A DNA stretch of 62,971 nt, counting the filler, from Welwitschia mirabilis (Eukaryota), in the NCBI GenBank assembly GCA_051453625.1. It is 6 parts of one record of this genome, joined end to end, with 100 filler letters (N's around TTAATTAATTAA, not from the genome) between each part and the next. Parts side by side here need not be neighbours in the genome. Positions count along the whole stretch, not along the records: positions 43,902 to 58,275 come from JBOZIK010000001.1; positions 58,376 to 61,320 come from JBOZIK010000001.1; positions 61,421 to 62,971 come from JBOZIK010000001.1; 3 more parts are not named here. One strand, 5' to 3'. The notes beneath the pieces are model-generated. The model saw only the letters and a program-made list of their open reading frames with translations, made no database searches and had not been told where the DNA came from. Made by a program: the position numbers and the translations under genes. This document shows, piece by piece, positions 48,708 to 62,971 of this stretch. Within the stretch, counting starts at the first letter, position 1, and each line of letters starts with the position of its first letter.

Positions 48708-51139
48708 TGTCCATAATTTTCTAAGGTTCTAAAATTTTAATTATTTAAAAATATTTAACTAAATAAATGTGATATAGATTTTACAAGACCCACTTGATCA
48801 CTAGCTAGCTAATTCTTTATTAAAATTTATTGTGTTGTAATTAATAATATTATTTTGTAGTTTTGCCTTATTTAATGATATACTTTTAGTGGATAAATTA
48901 GTGATTATACAAATATAATTTTATTGCCTTTTGTAAATGTTACATTTAATGTACCATAATTAGTATATTTTCTTATTTTCTCATTTTCTCATTTTAATAC
49001 ATAAAAAAGATTCTTGTAATATCTATAATTATTAAGATGTATTATTTTGGTTTATTTTAATATAGTATTGTATGAGTACATGCTAAAGTAACATGCATAA
49101 TTATGATGTTGCATTTTCTTTTAGCAGTGATTAACATGTGCTCATTATGAAGATTGATTATTTCTCAAGCATTATTTATTTATTTATTATTATAAACAAA
49201 ATTAAACCCAGTGCCTAAGTAAAGTAATGGTTGAGGATTACGGAATAAAACTGTTTCCAAGAAAGTATTAGCTTGTATGACCCTTGAAATCCAAATTTCC
49301 TTCTAAATCTCTTAGCTATTATAAATAGAATCCTTTTTTCTTTAGCTTGGTTATTTTAAAGACTTACTAGCACTGGAACTTAGAGACTCGCTTGGAGTCT
49401 TACAGCTTCAGGAATCACCACATTAGATCTTGGAAATTCTAGCTAGGAGAACTGCTAGTTAGGCTACTGACCTAACTGAAGTACTAGTTGGAACGCTAAG
49501 TTCTTACATGACATTTTACTTGTTTTTAATTATTGTATATCTTGTATAATATTTAGATTAGGAATGGTGAATCTTATAGATTCCAAGCTATCTTTTGTTA
49601 AATTTCTTACAAACATTACGCTTGTATTTTTATTGTTGTCCTTAATTATTAATGGTTGAATATTTTTTCTTATTCTTTTATTTAGACTTGAGTGGTATCT
49701 TGTTTTTTGAGCTTGAAATGGACTACAAAATATAAATAAAACTATGTAATACTAGCCAAGGTAGCCAATTTATGTAGCCTTGTAGGCTAGACCACCTAAA
49801 AGAATCCCATTAGCATAAGTAGTGATTGCAAGAATCAGGTGAACTGATGGTTAATATTATGGACAGATGTCATTTATTTATATATTATTTTTCTTCTAGA
49901 TGGATACAAGAAGGTGTGACCTGTAAAATTTTTCAGGGGTTAGATACTCAGGTAGGCTCTTACTAGGCATAAGAGTAAACATCTAGATTATAGGAAACCC
50001 CTTTGGCAAGGCATTTCTAGGTTACTTATTGAGAAAATTAGAAAATAATAAACAAGATAATTTAATTTATTTAGTGGTAAATATTTGTTAAAATCCTTGG
50101 CTTGATCACTTGGAAAATTAGGCTCTTTTTATTTTCCCATCTTATCCTACCCCTTTTCTTTGCTTAGGCATATCATGTCGTTTTGTGTAGGTTATGATGT
50201 TGTGAAATCAAGAAATTAAAGCTAATCTTAACTATGTTATAGAGAATTTCTCCTTGAAATATTAATTTGATGTCTAACCAAAGTGAATTTTTAATTATAA
50301 ACTTGTGATTTTTAGTTTATGCTATTGCATTATTAGCTTTATGTATATCTTATTTCAGATTATAGAAATTTTTGTATACTATTTTTCTATAATTGAAGAA
50401 AAAAATGCCAATTTGTAAAGTATTATTATTGATCTTAATTAAGCTTTATGTTGATAATATCAAACCAATGACTTTCTTATTATACTTAGCCTTATGTTTT
50501 TTAAATTATTCTATACTAAACTTTTACAAGTGCATAATTTTAGTTAATTTACTATAGTAGAATTTCTAAACATTATAGTTTTAAATAATGATAGTGATAT
50601 TCTTAGAAATCTTTGTTGTAAATTATTTTTTGATATTGCCTTAATTTTTAATTGTATAAAATTAAATGGTTTTTAATATGATACAAAGGCCATGAATTTG
50701 TACGGATATTTTCCTTTCCTATTTTTTGAGATGTATATTTCATCTAATATGTCTCTTATTAAATTCTTTTCTAAAGTCATATTAAGATAGTCTAACTTTA
50801 AAATGTGATGCAAAGTAATTTACTTTTATAAATTTATTTATTTTAGTGTTTCACTGCTATCTAAATTATAATAGTTTTCACTTAAATAATTACACCATGT
50901 TTTGTGTAAAACTTACCTCGATTAATTTATTTTTTAACCCTAGAAATATAATTCTAGTGATGTTGTCTTTTATAGCTATTTATTTTTTCATTTTCAAGGA
51001 AGCTAGTCCATAGGATTTGTGCAACTAAAACAATCTATTTTGATTTTTCTATGCTTAAAATGAGAATAGCTAGTAAGAATATTTGAAAATTACACATAGA
51101 TTTAAAAATTACACATAGAGAGAAGGGGAGGGTGGTGAG

Positions 51140-51181
<42 letters not shown>

Positions 51182-51820
51182 GGGAGAGGGAGAGGGAGGA
51201 AGGGAGATAAAAATAAATAGAGTTCTTTCATTAATAGGGAATGGTCATGTTTCACCTTAAAAGATAGCTATTTTATATGTGGTTCTTTTAGCTATTTTAT
51301 TTAAAGAAATAGTTACAGAATCTTGAAAGCTAAAAAGAAAACTCAAACATTTTACAAACCATTATAGTTATTGAAAATCTAATTTCCTCTTTAGAATACA
51401 TGGAAGAAGATCTAATTTCCCTTTTAGAATACATGAAATATACTTTATAATAGTATTAAAATAAGGTTTCTAAAGGGGAAAAAGATGAAAAAAAGATATT
51501 AGACAATGAAATTAACAAAAAAGTAAAACTTGTAGATTATGAGGGGAAACACATTTTTAGGTATTTAATCTTTAAAAAATGCATTAAAATGTATTTAAGA
51601 AGCTTATTTTAATGTTTCATTTTGAATTTAGTAAATGAATTGTTTTGAACATTCCAAGTTATTCAACCATTGATATGTCTAGCTAAAAGAGAATCATCAA
51701 TTTAAGTTGTACCATATAATAAGTCATTTTCATTTCCTTTAAGGGTGGATTTTAATATAAGTTTCAAGGTTTAAAATTTTATTAATTAAAACTAGAATTA
51801 TTTAGAAGAGGATTTCATAG
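48708..51820. mobile_element. 3.1-kb non-coding insertion (solo-LTR-like) in the Copia RT
   Basis: Starts TGT; flanked by TATCA at 48703-48707 and 51821-51825; Copia RT peptide resumes across it. Confidence 0.55.
51145..51176. repeat. (AG)n microsatellite
   Basis: Direct reading. Confidence 0.9.
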
Positions 51821-53379
51821 TATCATATCAAGATTAATGTAAAGTATGATCTTCATTCCTATCTAGGTTTATGCAAGAGTGTATATAATCTCATATGGGA
51901 GCATTAAAACATCTACTCAAGCATGTTCTAGGCACCTTGGATTTTGGATTGGTTTATAAGGAGGAATATGACATGTTATCTTTATTTAATAATAGAGATT
52001 AGATAAGTAATTTAGATGATAATTACCAGTGGATTTCTAAACTACTTAATTTATTGGAAAAGTGTGAGACAGACGCTTATGTTTTTTCTAATATTAAAAG
52101 TAACTATGTGGTAATGAATAAATGCTTATTTAATCATCCTTATTGAATAAAATGTTTAGATAGCTATAATTACAAGTTAATGAGCTAATTGGACTAAAGT
52201 ATAACAATATATCAACCATACTATTATCCTAAGAGCACACCATGCACAAGAATCTAAACATAGTAAAACAAAATATTACTTCATTAAAGATAAAGTAAAT
52301 GAGGGATTAATCAGACTTATGTTTATTAATGCTTAAGAATAATTAGCTAATTTATTAACTAAGCCACTCTAGCCTTAGAAAATCTAATATCTAATAAGGA
52401 GGCTCAACATGAGTCATATGTAAGAATGTCTAGCCAAAAGTAAGAAAGATGAAAGAGAAGAATTAAATCCATAAGTTAGGAAATAAATTTAGAGGAGAAA
52501 TTATTGGGTTAAGTTAAATCAATTGACTAACCTCCTTAAACATAAATTCTATGTTAATTTTACATGTTTTACAACATATCTCTTATAGAGTTTTTCCATG
52601 TCATGTTATCATAATATGTCCTTTAGTTTTGAAGTACAAATACATAGTCATATGTGAGCTTAGCTCAATTTTTCAATGGTTAAATGCCTTAGTTTAAAGT
52701 AAAATTTATTATAAGAGTTATATATAAAGTTAAAGTGTATATGTATTAGAAAAAGTTTAATGTTAAAAGGATTAAATATATATGATCCTCCTCATATGTG
52801 AGATTGAATGTTTAGGATGCAAAGTAAATCCCATATTGAACGAGATATGAGAATTTTAGATTTGAGTAGTTTATAAAAATTCTAAATTTTATTAATAAAT
52901 TAAATCATTCTATTATATGAATTAGAATGATGCTAAAATTTCTACTAAATTAAAGATGAGTTTTGAAGCTTGTATTTGCATAAAAGAACCTTATAATATG
53001 TTTCCTTTAATGAATTTATAGTTATTGCATAATAAGTTTCTATTGAATCTTTTCTACTTTATCAAGTTTGTAAAGTTTCTAATGAGTAGGTTTTAACACT
53101 ATTAAATCTAATGTGAAATTGATTCTTGTCATTACTCATTAAAACCTCAATAGTACCTAATCTTATGTTAAAACATAAAATTTAATAATTAATTTTAAAT
53201 GATTTATTTAAAATGTTCTTATCATAACATCATTTACTTTACCCTTCATAATTGTTATTTATTGCAACTTCTAATTTACTATTACTGGAAAACCAAAATA
53301 TTGTCACGTTAAATAACCTTGATTCATGCTTTTATAAGACTTTGATGGTTTTTAGAAGATTTGATATCAAAAAACATAA

Positions 53380-56300
53380 TTAGATGAATTCTAGAGATGG
53401 TTGTCATTAAGTTGTAATGCTAGGATGTAAAATCAACCTTAGGCAATTAAGCAGTAGTTTTCAAGGGGTTGAATACCCATTAACATTGGCAAAGAATGAG
53501 AAAGTAGTAGTAAACTAGAAAAGAATAGGATTTGACTACCTATTAATCAAATTATAATAGATTAATATAGCAAGAAATTGACTGACAAAAAATAAGGGCC
53601 AACCCTAAGTGATTGACTGAGTCTACACAATGGATTAACCAACCATTACTTAAGAGATTAAAACTAAGATTGTATGTAATCATTATAAGAATAAAATAGT
53701 CATTATTCTATCTTTTAGATTCTTTCATGATCATTTTCCATTGCCTAGTCAGTCATATAACTTGGAATGATTATGTGTAATAGTTAAAAACATTCTTTAC
53801 ATTATATTATTTTGGATCTTTAAATTTTCTATCATAAAAGCAAAAAGTCCCATCCCCACCCCTCTTTCTCTCTCTCTCTTATATGGTTTTCTTATACTTC
53901 TTCAACTATAAATATCATTAGTATAATACACCAAAAGATCATTATAATAATTTTAAGGTTAAGGATTACGAAAAAGAAAAAAAAAAAACATTATATTGAT
54001 TGAAAGATATTAGAAAGTCTTACTAGAGTTTATGATTTAAAAACTTAATAATAAGGAAATAATCTTATTTTAATTAGCCTTTATGAATATTTATTTTGAA
54101 GTAATGATTTATTTAAGTTCTACTTAATTTACAATATATTTGATTTGAATATCATAGTGTGGCTTGTTGGATATTTTAATAGTAGTAAAATTTCCATAAA
54201 CATTCCTATTTGCCCATCTTTCTTAGGAAATTTGGTCCTAATTATTAGTATCAGAGTAGGTTGTTGATGTTGTTGCTTATTTATTTATGAATTTTAGTAT
54301 GATATTCATATGATATAATGAAAAAATAATCAATCAATACTCTTCTTGCCTTAGTGGTAATAACTGTGAGTTTCAAAAATTAAGAATGTGAGTTTTCATT
54401 GAAGACATGAACTTTAATTATTAGATAATTGGAGAAGAAGGATTTGAACTTTCCAATGAAAAAATACAATCAATCGTATGCATATGATGGTAGTAAAATA
54501 AATAAGTAAAAGAGTGAAAACAAGGATAATGCCATCTTTAGTAAGAAAGCAATAAAGGTATTATGTTATAAGTCAAATCTTAAGAACTATAAGAAACAAA
54601 TAATGTTACTACTAAATAAATTTAAAATTAGTTTTAAGTAATAAATGAAGGCATAATTAAAATTAAAAAGGGCTACAGACAAATGCTCATACCTCAATTT
54701 GACTAAATTAGCATATGCGATGATAAGAACTTCATCAAATACCATAACAATTGGTAGATATTGTGAATGGCTTATAACGTCTTAGTGAATCACTCACAAC
54801 TAGTAAAATTGTGGGGGAAGCAAAAATCTTGAGATCACCTTCCAAATCATGTTAAAACAAGGTACTCTTAATTAAAGATATAAAAAATCTAAACAACATT
54901 AAGTTTGAGGAACTAGTAATTGATACCCTTACTTTAAACTAGTAATTGATACCCTGACTTTCAAATTAAGGATTTATAAGGATCATAAAGACAAAAGAAA
55001 AGATATAATTTTAAATATAATCAAGCTTATCATTATAAGATCACTCAAATAGTTCTTATATTTTAGACTCTAACTCAAATTTAGATAAAGAATTAGCTTT
55101 GTTTATTACAAAGTTTAAGAGAATGCTTCCAGGAAAGAATAAGAGAAGCAAAAAGGACCATAATGTAATCTCATTTAAATCCAAAGGTAAATAAAAGGAA
55201 AAGGACATCCAATGCTATGCATGTAAGGGATTTAAACACAGTGTTATTAAATTTTTGAATAACCAAAAAAAAAAAAAAGGCTAATAAGAAAGTAAAGAAG
55301 ATATGTTATGATGCTACTTGGGATAGTAATATCAATTTAGATCATGAAGAAAAACATAATAATAAGATCTTATTCTTAATTACTTTAACTTTAAATCATG
55401 TATTATTTATGTCTTCTTTGAATAATGATTTTAACTTATGTAACCCTTAGGAGCATGAGTTGAAGGATTTTTTAGAACTTTAAGTTGTAAGAAATAAGAT
55501 GAGAAATTGAGTGATGAGAAGAAGATTGGTTATTTAACCTAGATAACTATTAAAAGAGGGGGAAATGACTAAGTAAAAGGAGAAGAAAATAATGATGTTT
55601 CTTTTAATAAGGCTTACTAAGAAATTTACCAAGAAAGGAAGAAGATGCTAAGACAAAATTTGCTTCTCAAAAAGAACATTCAAAAACTTAAAAAGGGAAA
55701 TAAATCATTCTTAAACCAAGTAGGCAAAATAAGAAAAGAAATAACATAGTAAATCTCATGTCTTAATAAGGATATCAACTAAATTCAAGGATTTCAAAAT
55801 AAAACAAAAAGAGTATTAGTGTTTATTAAGTAAGATAAATAAATTACATAATATTATCTTGAATTTCTTTATAGATAATAACACTTTAGAGAATATTCTA
55901 TTAAGTCAAATGTCATTAAGTGATTAGAGTGGTTTTGAATATATGCCTCTCTTTATTTATCATTCATACTAACATCTTCTAATAAATCTTAGTTTTCCTT
56001 CAATAGTAAATCATCTATTACTAAGATCTCCAGAGAAAGTAATTCTTAGTTCTATTCTTCTCATGTTTAGTTTGGAAAAAGAAATATGAGGTATTTGATT
56101 TGTCATTTTTGTAATAGGTCTAAACGTACTAATTTGATAAGTTATTATGATAATGCATGATTAAAATTTATTAGTATGCCAGAATTCCTAATCATTCATG
56201 AGAAATAATACTTTGATATAGATGTAGTACTGATTAAAATCATAAAATATTATTGATACACACTACTTTGTTTATCACTAATGTATACATTTGTATTTTG

Positions 56301-57620
56301 ATAGTGATTGTTAAAGGCACATAATCAAATATGTATGTAGGTTTGTTAAAATGGAGAGATATGATAGAGGAATAGTCACCTATAGAGATGATGATGAATA
56401 ACAAGTAGAATACATATATATGATTCAAGGTAAGGAATTTCCTAAAATTCAGAACATGCTTTATGCCAATAAGCTAAATCACAATCTCCTTGGTATTAGT
56501 TAAATATGTAATAAAGATATTTATGTTTTATTTAGTGCTTCTAAATATCAAGTATTAGATAGAAATGTTAAAGTAGTACTATCTAATGATGGAGATGAAA
56601 ATGTTTATTTAATTAAATAATCATTAGCTAGTAAATGTATTTCAACCATTATTAGAAAGTAAAGTGAACTATGGTATAAAATATTGGGTTACATAACCTT
56701 TAAACATTTGTATAATATATTAGGACATGATCTAGATAAAGGACTACCTAAACTTAGAAAATTTAAAGGTGAACTATGATGTGTTTATTAATTAGCAAAT
56801 AAATTAGAAAACTCTTTTAACAAATTATCATGTTAATTTTTAGAAACCTTTGAACTTATTACATTTAGACTTAGTTGGTCTAGACCCTATAGAAAGTCTA
56901 GGTGGAAAAATTATATTCTTGTAGTTGTTGAAAATTTCTCTAAATTTTCATAGATATTATTTCTTGGACTTAAAAGTGATTCTTTTAAGAAGTTAAAAGT
57001 TTTGAGTAAGAGATTGACAAACGAGATAGAACATAACATTAAAAAATTAAAAGTAATCATGATGGAGAATTTAAAAATGAAGATTTTATCAAAATAATAA
57101 AATAGTCCAAGATTTTTAAGCCTCTAAAACTCCTCAACAAAATGGAATTATGGAAATGAAAAATAGAGTATTTTAAGAAATGACTAGCACAATGTTACAA
57201 AAGAATGACATAGCTAAGGGACTTTAGGATGGATCATTTAATAATATTGCTACATCTTTAAACATCCTTTTTTAAATTAAAATAAAAAACAATTTATGAT
57301 TTTTGTAATGGTAAGAAGTTAAATGTTTCCTACTTTAAATTATTTGAATAGATGATACATGCTAAAGAATTAATAAAATATGAATAAGTTTGACCTTACT
57401 ATGGTACAAGGAATTTTTATAAGATATCTAGAAATCAATTAAGCCTATAGAGTTTTTAACTTAAACTCTAAAGTGATAGAGAAGTGCATTCATGTGAAAA
57501 TAGATGAAAAAGAGGAAAAAAAGTTGAAAATGAAGATGAAAAGATAGAAATAATCATAGATAACTTTAGTAAATAAGCTTCAACATTAGCTTCTTTTGAT
57601 CCCCATAACTTTTATAAATG
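53380..57620 (+). mobile_element. Heavily decayed SIRE-like Copia (LTR end, PBS, gag, integrase)
   Basis: PBS TAGTATCAGAGT 54246-54257; SGNNCEFQKLRM*VFIE gag; IQCYACKGFKH knuckle; LHLDLVG and PKTPQQNGIME integrase; left boundary approximate. Confidence 0.75.
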
Positions 57621-58899
57621 ATTTACAAGTTAAGGATCATTAAACTTAAGAGGATAGGGGTGAATGAGATCTACCAAATAAAATACCAACTAAAACAAAT
57701 TAGAAATTACATAATAAAGACCATACCATATTAACATGATTTCCCAACTTGGGTACATCTAAACACAGAGGGTAGTTTCTTCTCACACCTTTAGATATTC
57801 TTAACCTACATAATTATCACAACCTAGTTTTAGGCTGGACTTAAGAAGCACGAAAAACATGGGAATTTTTTTTTTAAATTTACTTGTAAGACATGTTTAA
57901 TTATTACAGTGGATCAATTAGTTCATGACTAAGATAATCGCCTCTCAATTACTCACAGGATACACCTCAGGAGAACTATATGAGGATAGCTCACCTAATT
58001 AACATCACGTTCCATTTTATGGTTATTTAGGAACCTCATTTAGGAACACACTAGAGTGTATGAATTTTGGTCGAATGGTTGGTTGCATTCATAGCCAATC
58101 AACCATGCCTACGTATCCTCGTCCAAAGGAGATTAGATCACACATAGTTCTATCTTAGACCCCATTCCCATCTCCATCGATACGCATGAGCGTACGATAG
58201 ATCAAGGTAGTCCGTGTCAGTGGCATATGGGCAAAATTAAGCATAAACTAATGCAAGAAACGCAATATCCAACTCNNNNNNNNNNNNNNNNNNNNNNNNN
58301 NNNNNNNNNNNNNNNNNNNTTAATTAATTAANNNNNNNNNNNNNNNNNNNNNNNNNNNNNNNNNNNNNNNNNNNNTTGGCATTGCATTTACTTTACTATT
58401 TTCTTTCAGTTAAGTAAAGATAAAATACCAAAACTACCTTTGGAAATCAATTTTCTAACTCTGAGCCTAGTGCCTTCATTGGGAATACGACATTCGGGTG
58501 AACTCCTATCTATACTGGCGTGTGTTTTTCTACAAGTTATATGATTTATAGGTTTACCTAAAGAGCTTCAGGATTTCATAAATTCACACTGCAATTGTAT
58601 TGCAAGTGATCTTTGTAATCTTTTATTTTTAAGCATAGTTCCTTAAATAACATTAATAATATTTCCAATGTTTGAATTTCTTCTCTCTTGATATTTTTCT
58701 AATTCATTAATGTAATTTCTAAGTGGATAATTTTTATTTTGATAATTTTACATACTTGCTTCACAATTTAAGTTACTTGATTAAAATTTTAAGTTATTTG
58801 TTTAAAAGTTATCATTCTTAAATCTATTTCTAAATGGTTGAAATTTTAGATTATTTGCTTAAAAGATCTTGAATTTTTTTTTCAAAGATTAAAAATTAG

Positions 58900-59870
58900 T
58901 TTTGCATTTATCCTAGGTTGAAATTGGTTTTGATTTTGATTTTGATTTCTAAAGTTTGAATACACACCTCTTTATAAATTATTTTTTTGTAAATATGCAA
59001 TAAAGAACATTCTTTTATTATATGATAGTTGTCTTCATACAAATCATAAGTTGGAACCACGCTCTTTTCAGTTGCCACTTTTGCATCTAAAATCATTTTG
59101 AGTAAAATTTTCTAATGTTGTTGTAAAATTATTAATGACATTTATTGGTTCTTTTTTTATTTTTACTTACTTCTTTTCTTATTTCACTTTTATAAGATTT
59201 TTATGATTTAACCTATAGTACAATGTTCTTTAGGTATTGGTTTAGGTCATGTTTGACTTGCTTCTATTAGTTCCCCCAATAATCTTCATGTATTTTCTAA
59301 AGTGAGATTCATCAAATTTCCTTTCCATAAAAAATCTACAAGTTATTTGATTTAGTTATTAAGTCTATCATAGAAATAATCTACTAATTCTTCTTGAGTA
59401 AATGCATCTATAAGATTATAATATATTATAATAAAAAATCATTCATAAGTAAAGGCATAATCTTCATTAGGTTATTATTGAAAATTTGTTACTTCTTTCT
59501 TTTTTTAATCTTATTGTTGTTTCACTCATAAATATTTTTATAAATACTTTTTGAACTTGATTCCATGCTTCTAAGCTTTTATCTGGAAGAGTTCTTAATA
59601 ATAATTTTACTTTTTCTTTTAAAGTGATGTAAAAGATAACCATATAAGTATGATTACTAATTTATTTTTTTACCATTTCTAGAAGTAAGCACTAATTATT
59701 TCATGTTGGCTATATGTTGAATGGAATCTTCATCATTTTCTCCATTAAAAATAAGATAAGTGTTTAAATTTCTTAAGTTGACATCATCACCAAGAGGTAG
59801 GGCAAAGGATTTTGAATTTTATGCTTTTTATTTTCCATTGGTTCTTTAAGAGTGACATTAGCATTTGGAT
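58900..59870 (-). pseudogene. Athila-like gag remnant
   Basis: FNGENDEDSIQHI...ITLKEKVKLLLRTLPDKSLEAWNQVQKVFIK, resembling FHG...EDP..HL / SLKDKAK.WL..LP..SI.TW. Confidence 0.7.
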
Positions 59871-60358
59871 TTATAGAGGTAGTAGAGGTTCCAATTACAA
59901 TAGTGGGATTAGGTAAAGAAACTTGTTTCTATTTTTACAATAAGTTTAACATTGTAATAAAATGATTTTCTTTTAAACTTTCTTTTGAAAAATTTTCTTT
60001 GGAAAAATAAAATTCAGAAACAATAAGTGCACAAAAAATTACTTGCTTGATTATTGAAATATTTTATGTACCTATAATATGTGTACTTGGATTAAGTTTG
60101 TAGTTAATCAAACCTTCTCAAATGTTTTCTTCAATAAACAGATGCTCTCTCTAATATTTTATCTTTTTACTTGATTTTATCATATCCTGACATGCTCAGT
60201 TTTGTTTTTTTAAGCATCATCTTTATAATTATTTGGACAATGTACCTAGATGACAGCAGATAAAAAAATCTAAAAAAAACATATAAAAATAGAATCATGA
60301 AATAATACAAAATGAAAATAACTATCATCCATTAAGTCATCTGGATAATGGGGGGGAC

Positions 60359-61320
60359 TGTTGCGAAACCAACTTAAGTGTATTTGATAAGGTATTTTGA
60401 GTTGTTTTGCAGATAAACTAATAGATAAATGCCTAGTTTCTATGACAATTGAGAATCCAAGAACACAAGACGAAAACATGCAGTTTATCAGATAATTCAT
60501 GAAGATTTCCTATAGATATGGATAAATTATATTGTTAGATGATTATTCTAGCAAACAACCAGATTTCACACTGACAAAGGATGAGTAGAAGACTGTCATC
60601 CCCCATGTCGTTCAGACGACAGTTAGGGCGATAACCCTAATTGGACATAAGACAGACTTAATTCCAGATGGCTTGCAGATCGAACTAAACATCTTATCGT
60701 CAGACTCCATCATTCACCTCATCATCCAGACGACACTAGTGGACGACATCTTTAATATTAGTCAATAACAGTTTGCATGAAGATCACAGATAGTTAAACT
60801 GGAAGCAAACTAGATAACTTATTGTAAAATCCTATCGTCTCCTCCATCGTCTGGACGATCACCTGGATGACACTGTTCTCTTACACTTTTACAGATTGTA
60901 TTCCCGAGTTGTCGCTTGTTAATTATGACTTTCCCTCTTATGTTAGCTATACTTTTTATTATACTTTTCTGTTAGTGCCTTTTCCCTTTCTGTCTATAAA
61001 TAAAGGTCTCCCCCTCGATCCCTAATCATCTTCGATAGTACCTGACATTCTTATGACAGGAGATCTTAGAACCAGAGAACCATCTTGTAATCCAGAGAGA
61101 CATTACCTTGGGGTTGGGTGGCGTATCCTCCATTGAGGAATAGCTACTTTGAGATACAGATGCTCTTTTTATCTTTAATATAAATTACTTTTTTTAATAA
61201 TTATAGGAACTTATCCATCATAGTTTATGTTGTTATAGATTCATGACAGGTTTCTTTAATTATATAGATTATGAGGGTAGCCTTCGTTAAGGTTGAGCAT
61301 AAATTAGATTAGGTGCATTG
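60359..61320 (+). repeat. Athila-like LTR (partial, ends at scaffold linker)
   Basis: TGTTGCGAAACCAACTTAAG start after a G-run; similar to the reverse complement of 20220-20838; CTATAAATA at about 60994. Confidence 0.7.
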
Positions 61321-62129
61321 NNNNNNNNNNNNNNNNNNNNNNNNNNNNNNNNNNNNNNNNNNNNTTAATTAATTAANNNNNNNNNNNNNNNNNNNNNNNN
61401 NNNNNNNNNNNNNNNNNNNNTGTTTAAGGAATCTCATGTTAAAGGAATTATGTGTATAACATAATACATTCGTTAATTTCACTAGGTGCTAAAGAGTGGC
61501 TAGTAGGACTTTTGAATTAAAAATGCCATCCTTCTCTCATTTATTCTTTACTTGACTTGTTTCACCATATTTAGAATGTAATGCTTGAAAAATACTAATT
61601 GAAAAAGTATTTCTTTGAAGCAATGATTATACTTTAACATCATCTTCTCTTTCTTTCTAATCTGTGTCTTCATCATCATGCAGGTCTACTATTTTCTCCA
61701 CCAGCTGCATCAAAAACAACCATGTAACGCAGCCACACCAGTAGTCACACCTCTTCTCACACAGTGTTCCTTTGCACTCAATGCTAAAATAGCACTAAAT
61801 TCATGTAAAGGAAAAGCCATATGTTTACAATGTTAAATCACTAATCTGTAAGAAATGATGCATGTTTGGCACTGATCATTAAAGGTAGTTATAAAATTTG
61901 ATAGCTTGTCATGTAGAGGTACTAATATTTTGGGCGTTGTAGTAAAGTAGAACTGTCAAACAGGGAGATATAGCAATTTATAGGTAGCCAGCAATAGACG
62001 CGACAGATTAGAAGTGTGAGAGTGATTGCTGCTTGGGCCATGAATGTTTTACACATCACTTCTACATGAATGAACATGGTATAACGCTACATGTTAATGG
62101 TCATAGTATTACACCTCAATTCCTGTGAA

Positions 62130-62480
62130 TCACTTTTCTTTTCGTGGCTTTTACTTTCGGAATCTATGTAGATTTCATGAGGATAGAATGTAGAGAAGCA
62201 TTAGGGCTCTAACTTCCTCACTAACTAATTTCTTTATAAGATGGTCAAAATCTTATAGCATAGAATAATATTCAATTTTATTGGTATCCTATTATGTAGA
62301 CTTTATTAACGAGAAGTGGGGAAGGAGTGCTACAATACTTTAGAATATAGGGTAAAAGATATCCAACTCAATAATGTAGATGTATTGGCCATAACGCCAT
62401 GGGGAAGACTCTAATCATTGCATTGCTTAGGGCATGCAGTCATACATGTGGAAGCCATGGATGAAAATGGGTCTCAACGA
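62130..62480 (-). pseudogene. Possible very decayed LINE ORF1 remnant
   Basis: Scattered peptides (PIFIHGFHMY, LLSWISF, VRALMLL) in the order expected for DUF4283-type ORF1. Confidence 0.25.
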
Positions 62481-62971
62481 TAGTAGAAGAATTTATAGTA
62501 ATCTTTTGATGTGACTTTCAATGCGCTTGTTACTGTGATGGAGTTTGATGATATTCTAATCCTAGTTGTAGAAACTAGTTAGCCTTCTTATTGGGGATAT
62601 TTTACAATGATTGCGAATGAATAGATTCTAATCATATATAAGGGATTTGTATTTTATAATAAGTACCTATGTTTTTAGATGATTTTCACTTAGATTTACA
62701 AGTCACTTTATCTAAAATGAAACCAAATAAATAAATACAATTCTATTATTAGTTATTCTTTCTAGTGTATCATTTACAAAAATACATGTCTAATATAACT
62801 AGATTATTCCAAAAATTCTAAAAGTGGAAGTTCAAGTAGAAGTGTTAGAGAGGCATTAAAAGAAGTACAAAATAAGGAGGGTAGTGTGGAAGAAATCTAT
62901 AATTCTGAACTTAGGCTTGAGGAATTTCTACATAACAACTTTAGAAGTGTATGTCACAATTTGGAGTAAGA

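Larger units (their letters stand above)
47830..52500 (+). mobile_element. Old Copia RT/RNase H remnant, interrupted at 48708-51820
   Basis: NETWILV, LHQMDVNLAFLNGEL, LYEFKQAPR, LYVDD, YRSMISSL ... LSRFMQ, KYYFIKDKV, LANLLTKPL. Confidence 0.8.

Noticed and set aside
62375-62420. GHNAMGKT as a Walker A motif
   Set aside because: Short frame with stops on both sides and no other NTPase motifs.

Overview
Plant (very probably angiosperm) nuclear DNA from a draft pseudomolecule, with N gaps and five artificial N44-TTAATTAATTAA-N44 scaffold linkers. Only one intact host gene is present: an intronless, GC-rich germin-like protein (37286-37951, minus). The rest is nested, mostly decayed retroelements: the 5' end of a young Copia inserted into an L1 LINE that carries a 5' inversion, a complete Copia with LTRs/PBS/PPT/TSD (9359-15171), a SIRE-like Copia inside a Tat-like Gypsy gag, Athila-like fragments including an env-like extra ORF, an RTE/RTEX-like LINE remnant, a CRM-like chromovirus and further Copia/Tat debris. 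The most striking structure is two related Tat-like 3' LTRs of about 3-3.7 kb (7225-16753 minus, after removing a Copia insertion, and 31311-34301 plus). They follow homologous 3'UTR/PPT sequence but their U3 regions are different mosaics of 200-350 bp gene fragments: KCS, DNA polymerase eta C-terminus, ARM repeat, RLCK-V kinase N-terminus and a Copia pre-integrase piece. This suggests an LTR-borne gene-fragment capture system. The plus-strand element also has a duplicated U5+PBS unit inside its LTR and encodes only gag and protease. All family and protein assignments are from manual translation and remembered motifs, not database searches; coordinates of decayed elements are approximate.
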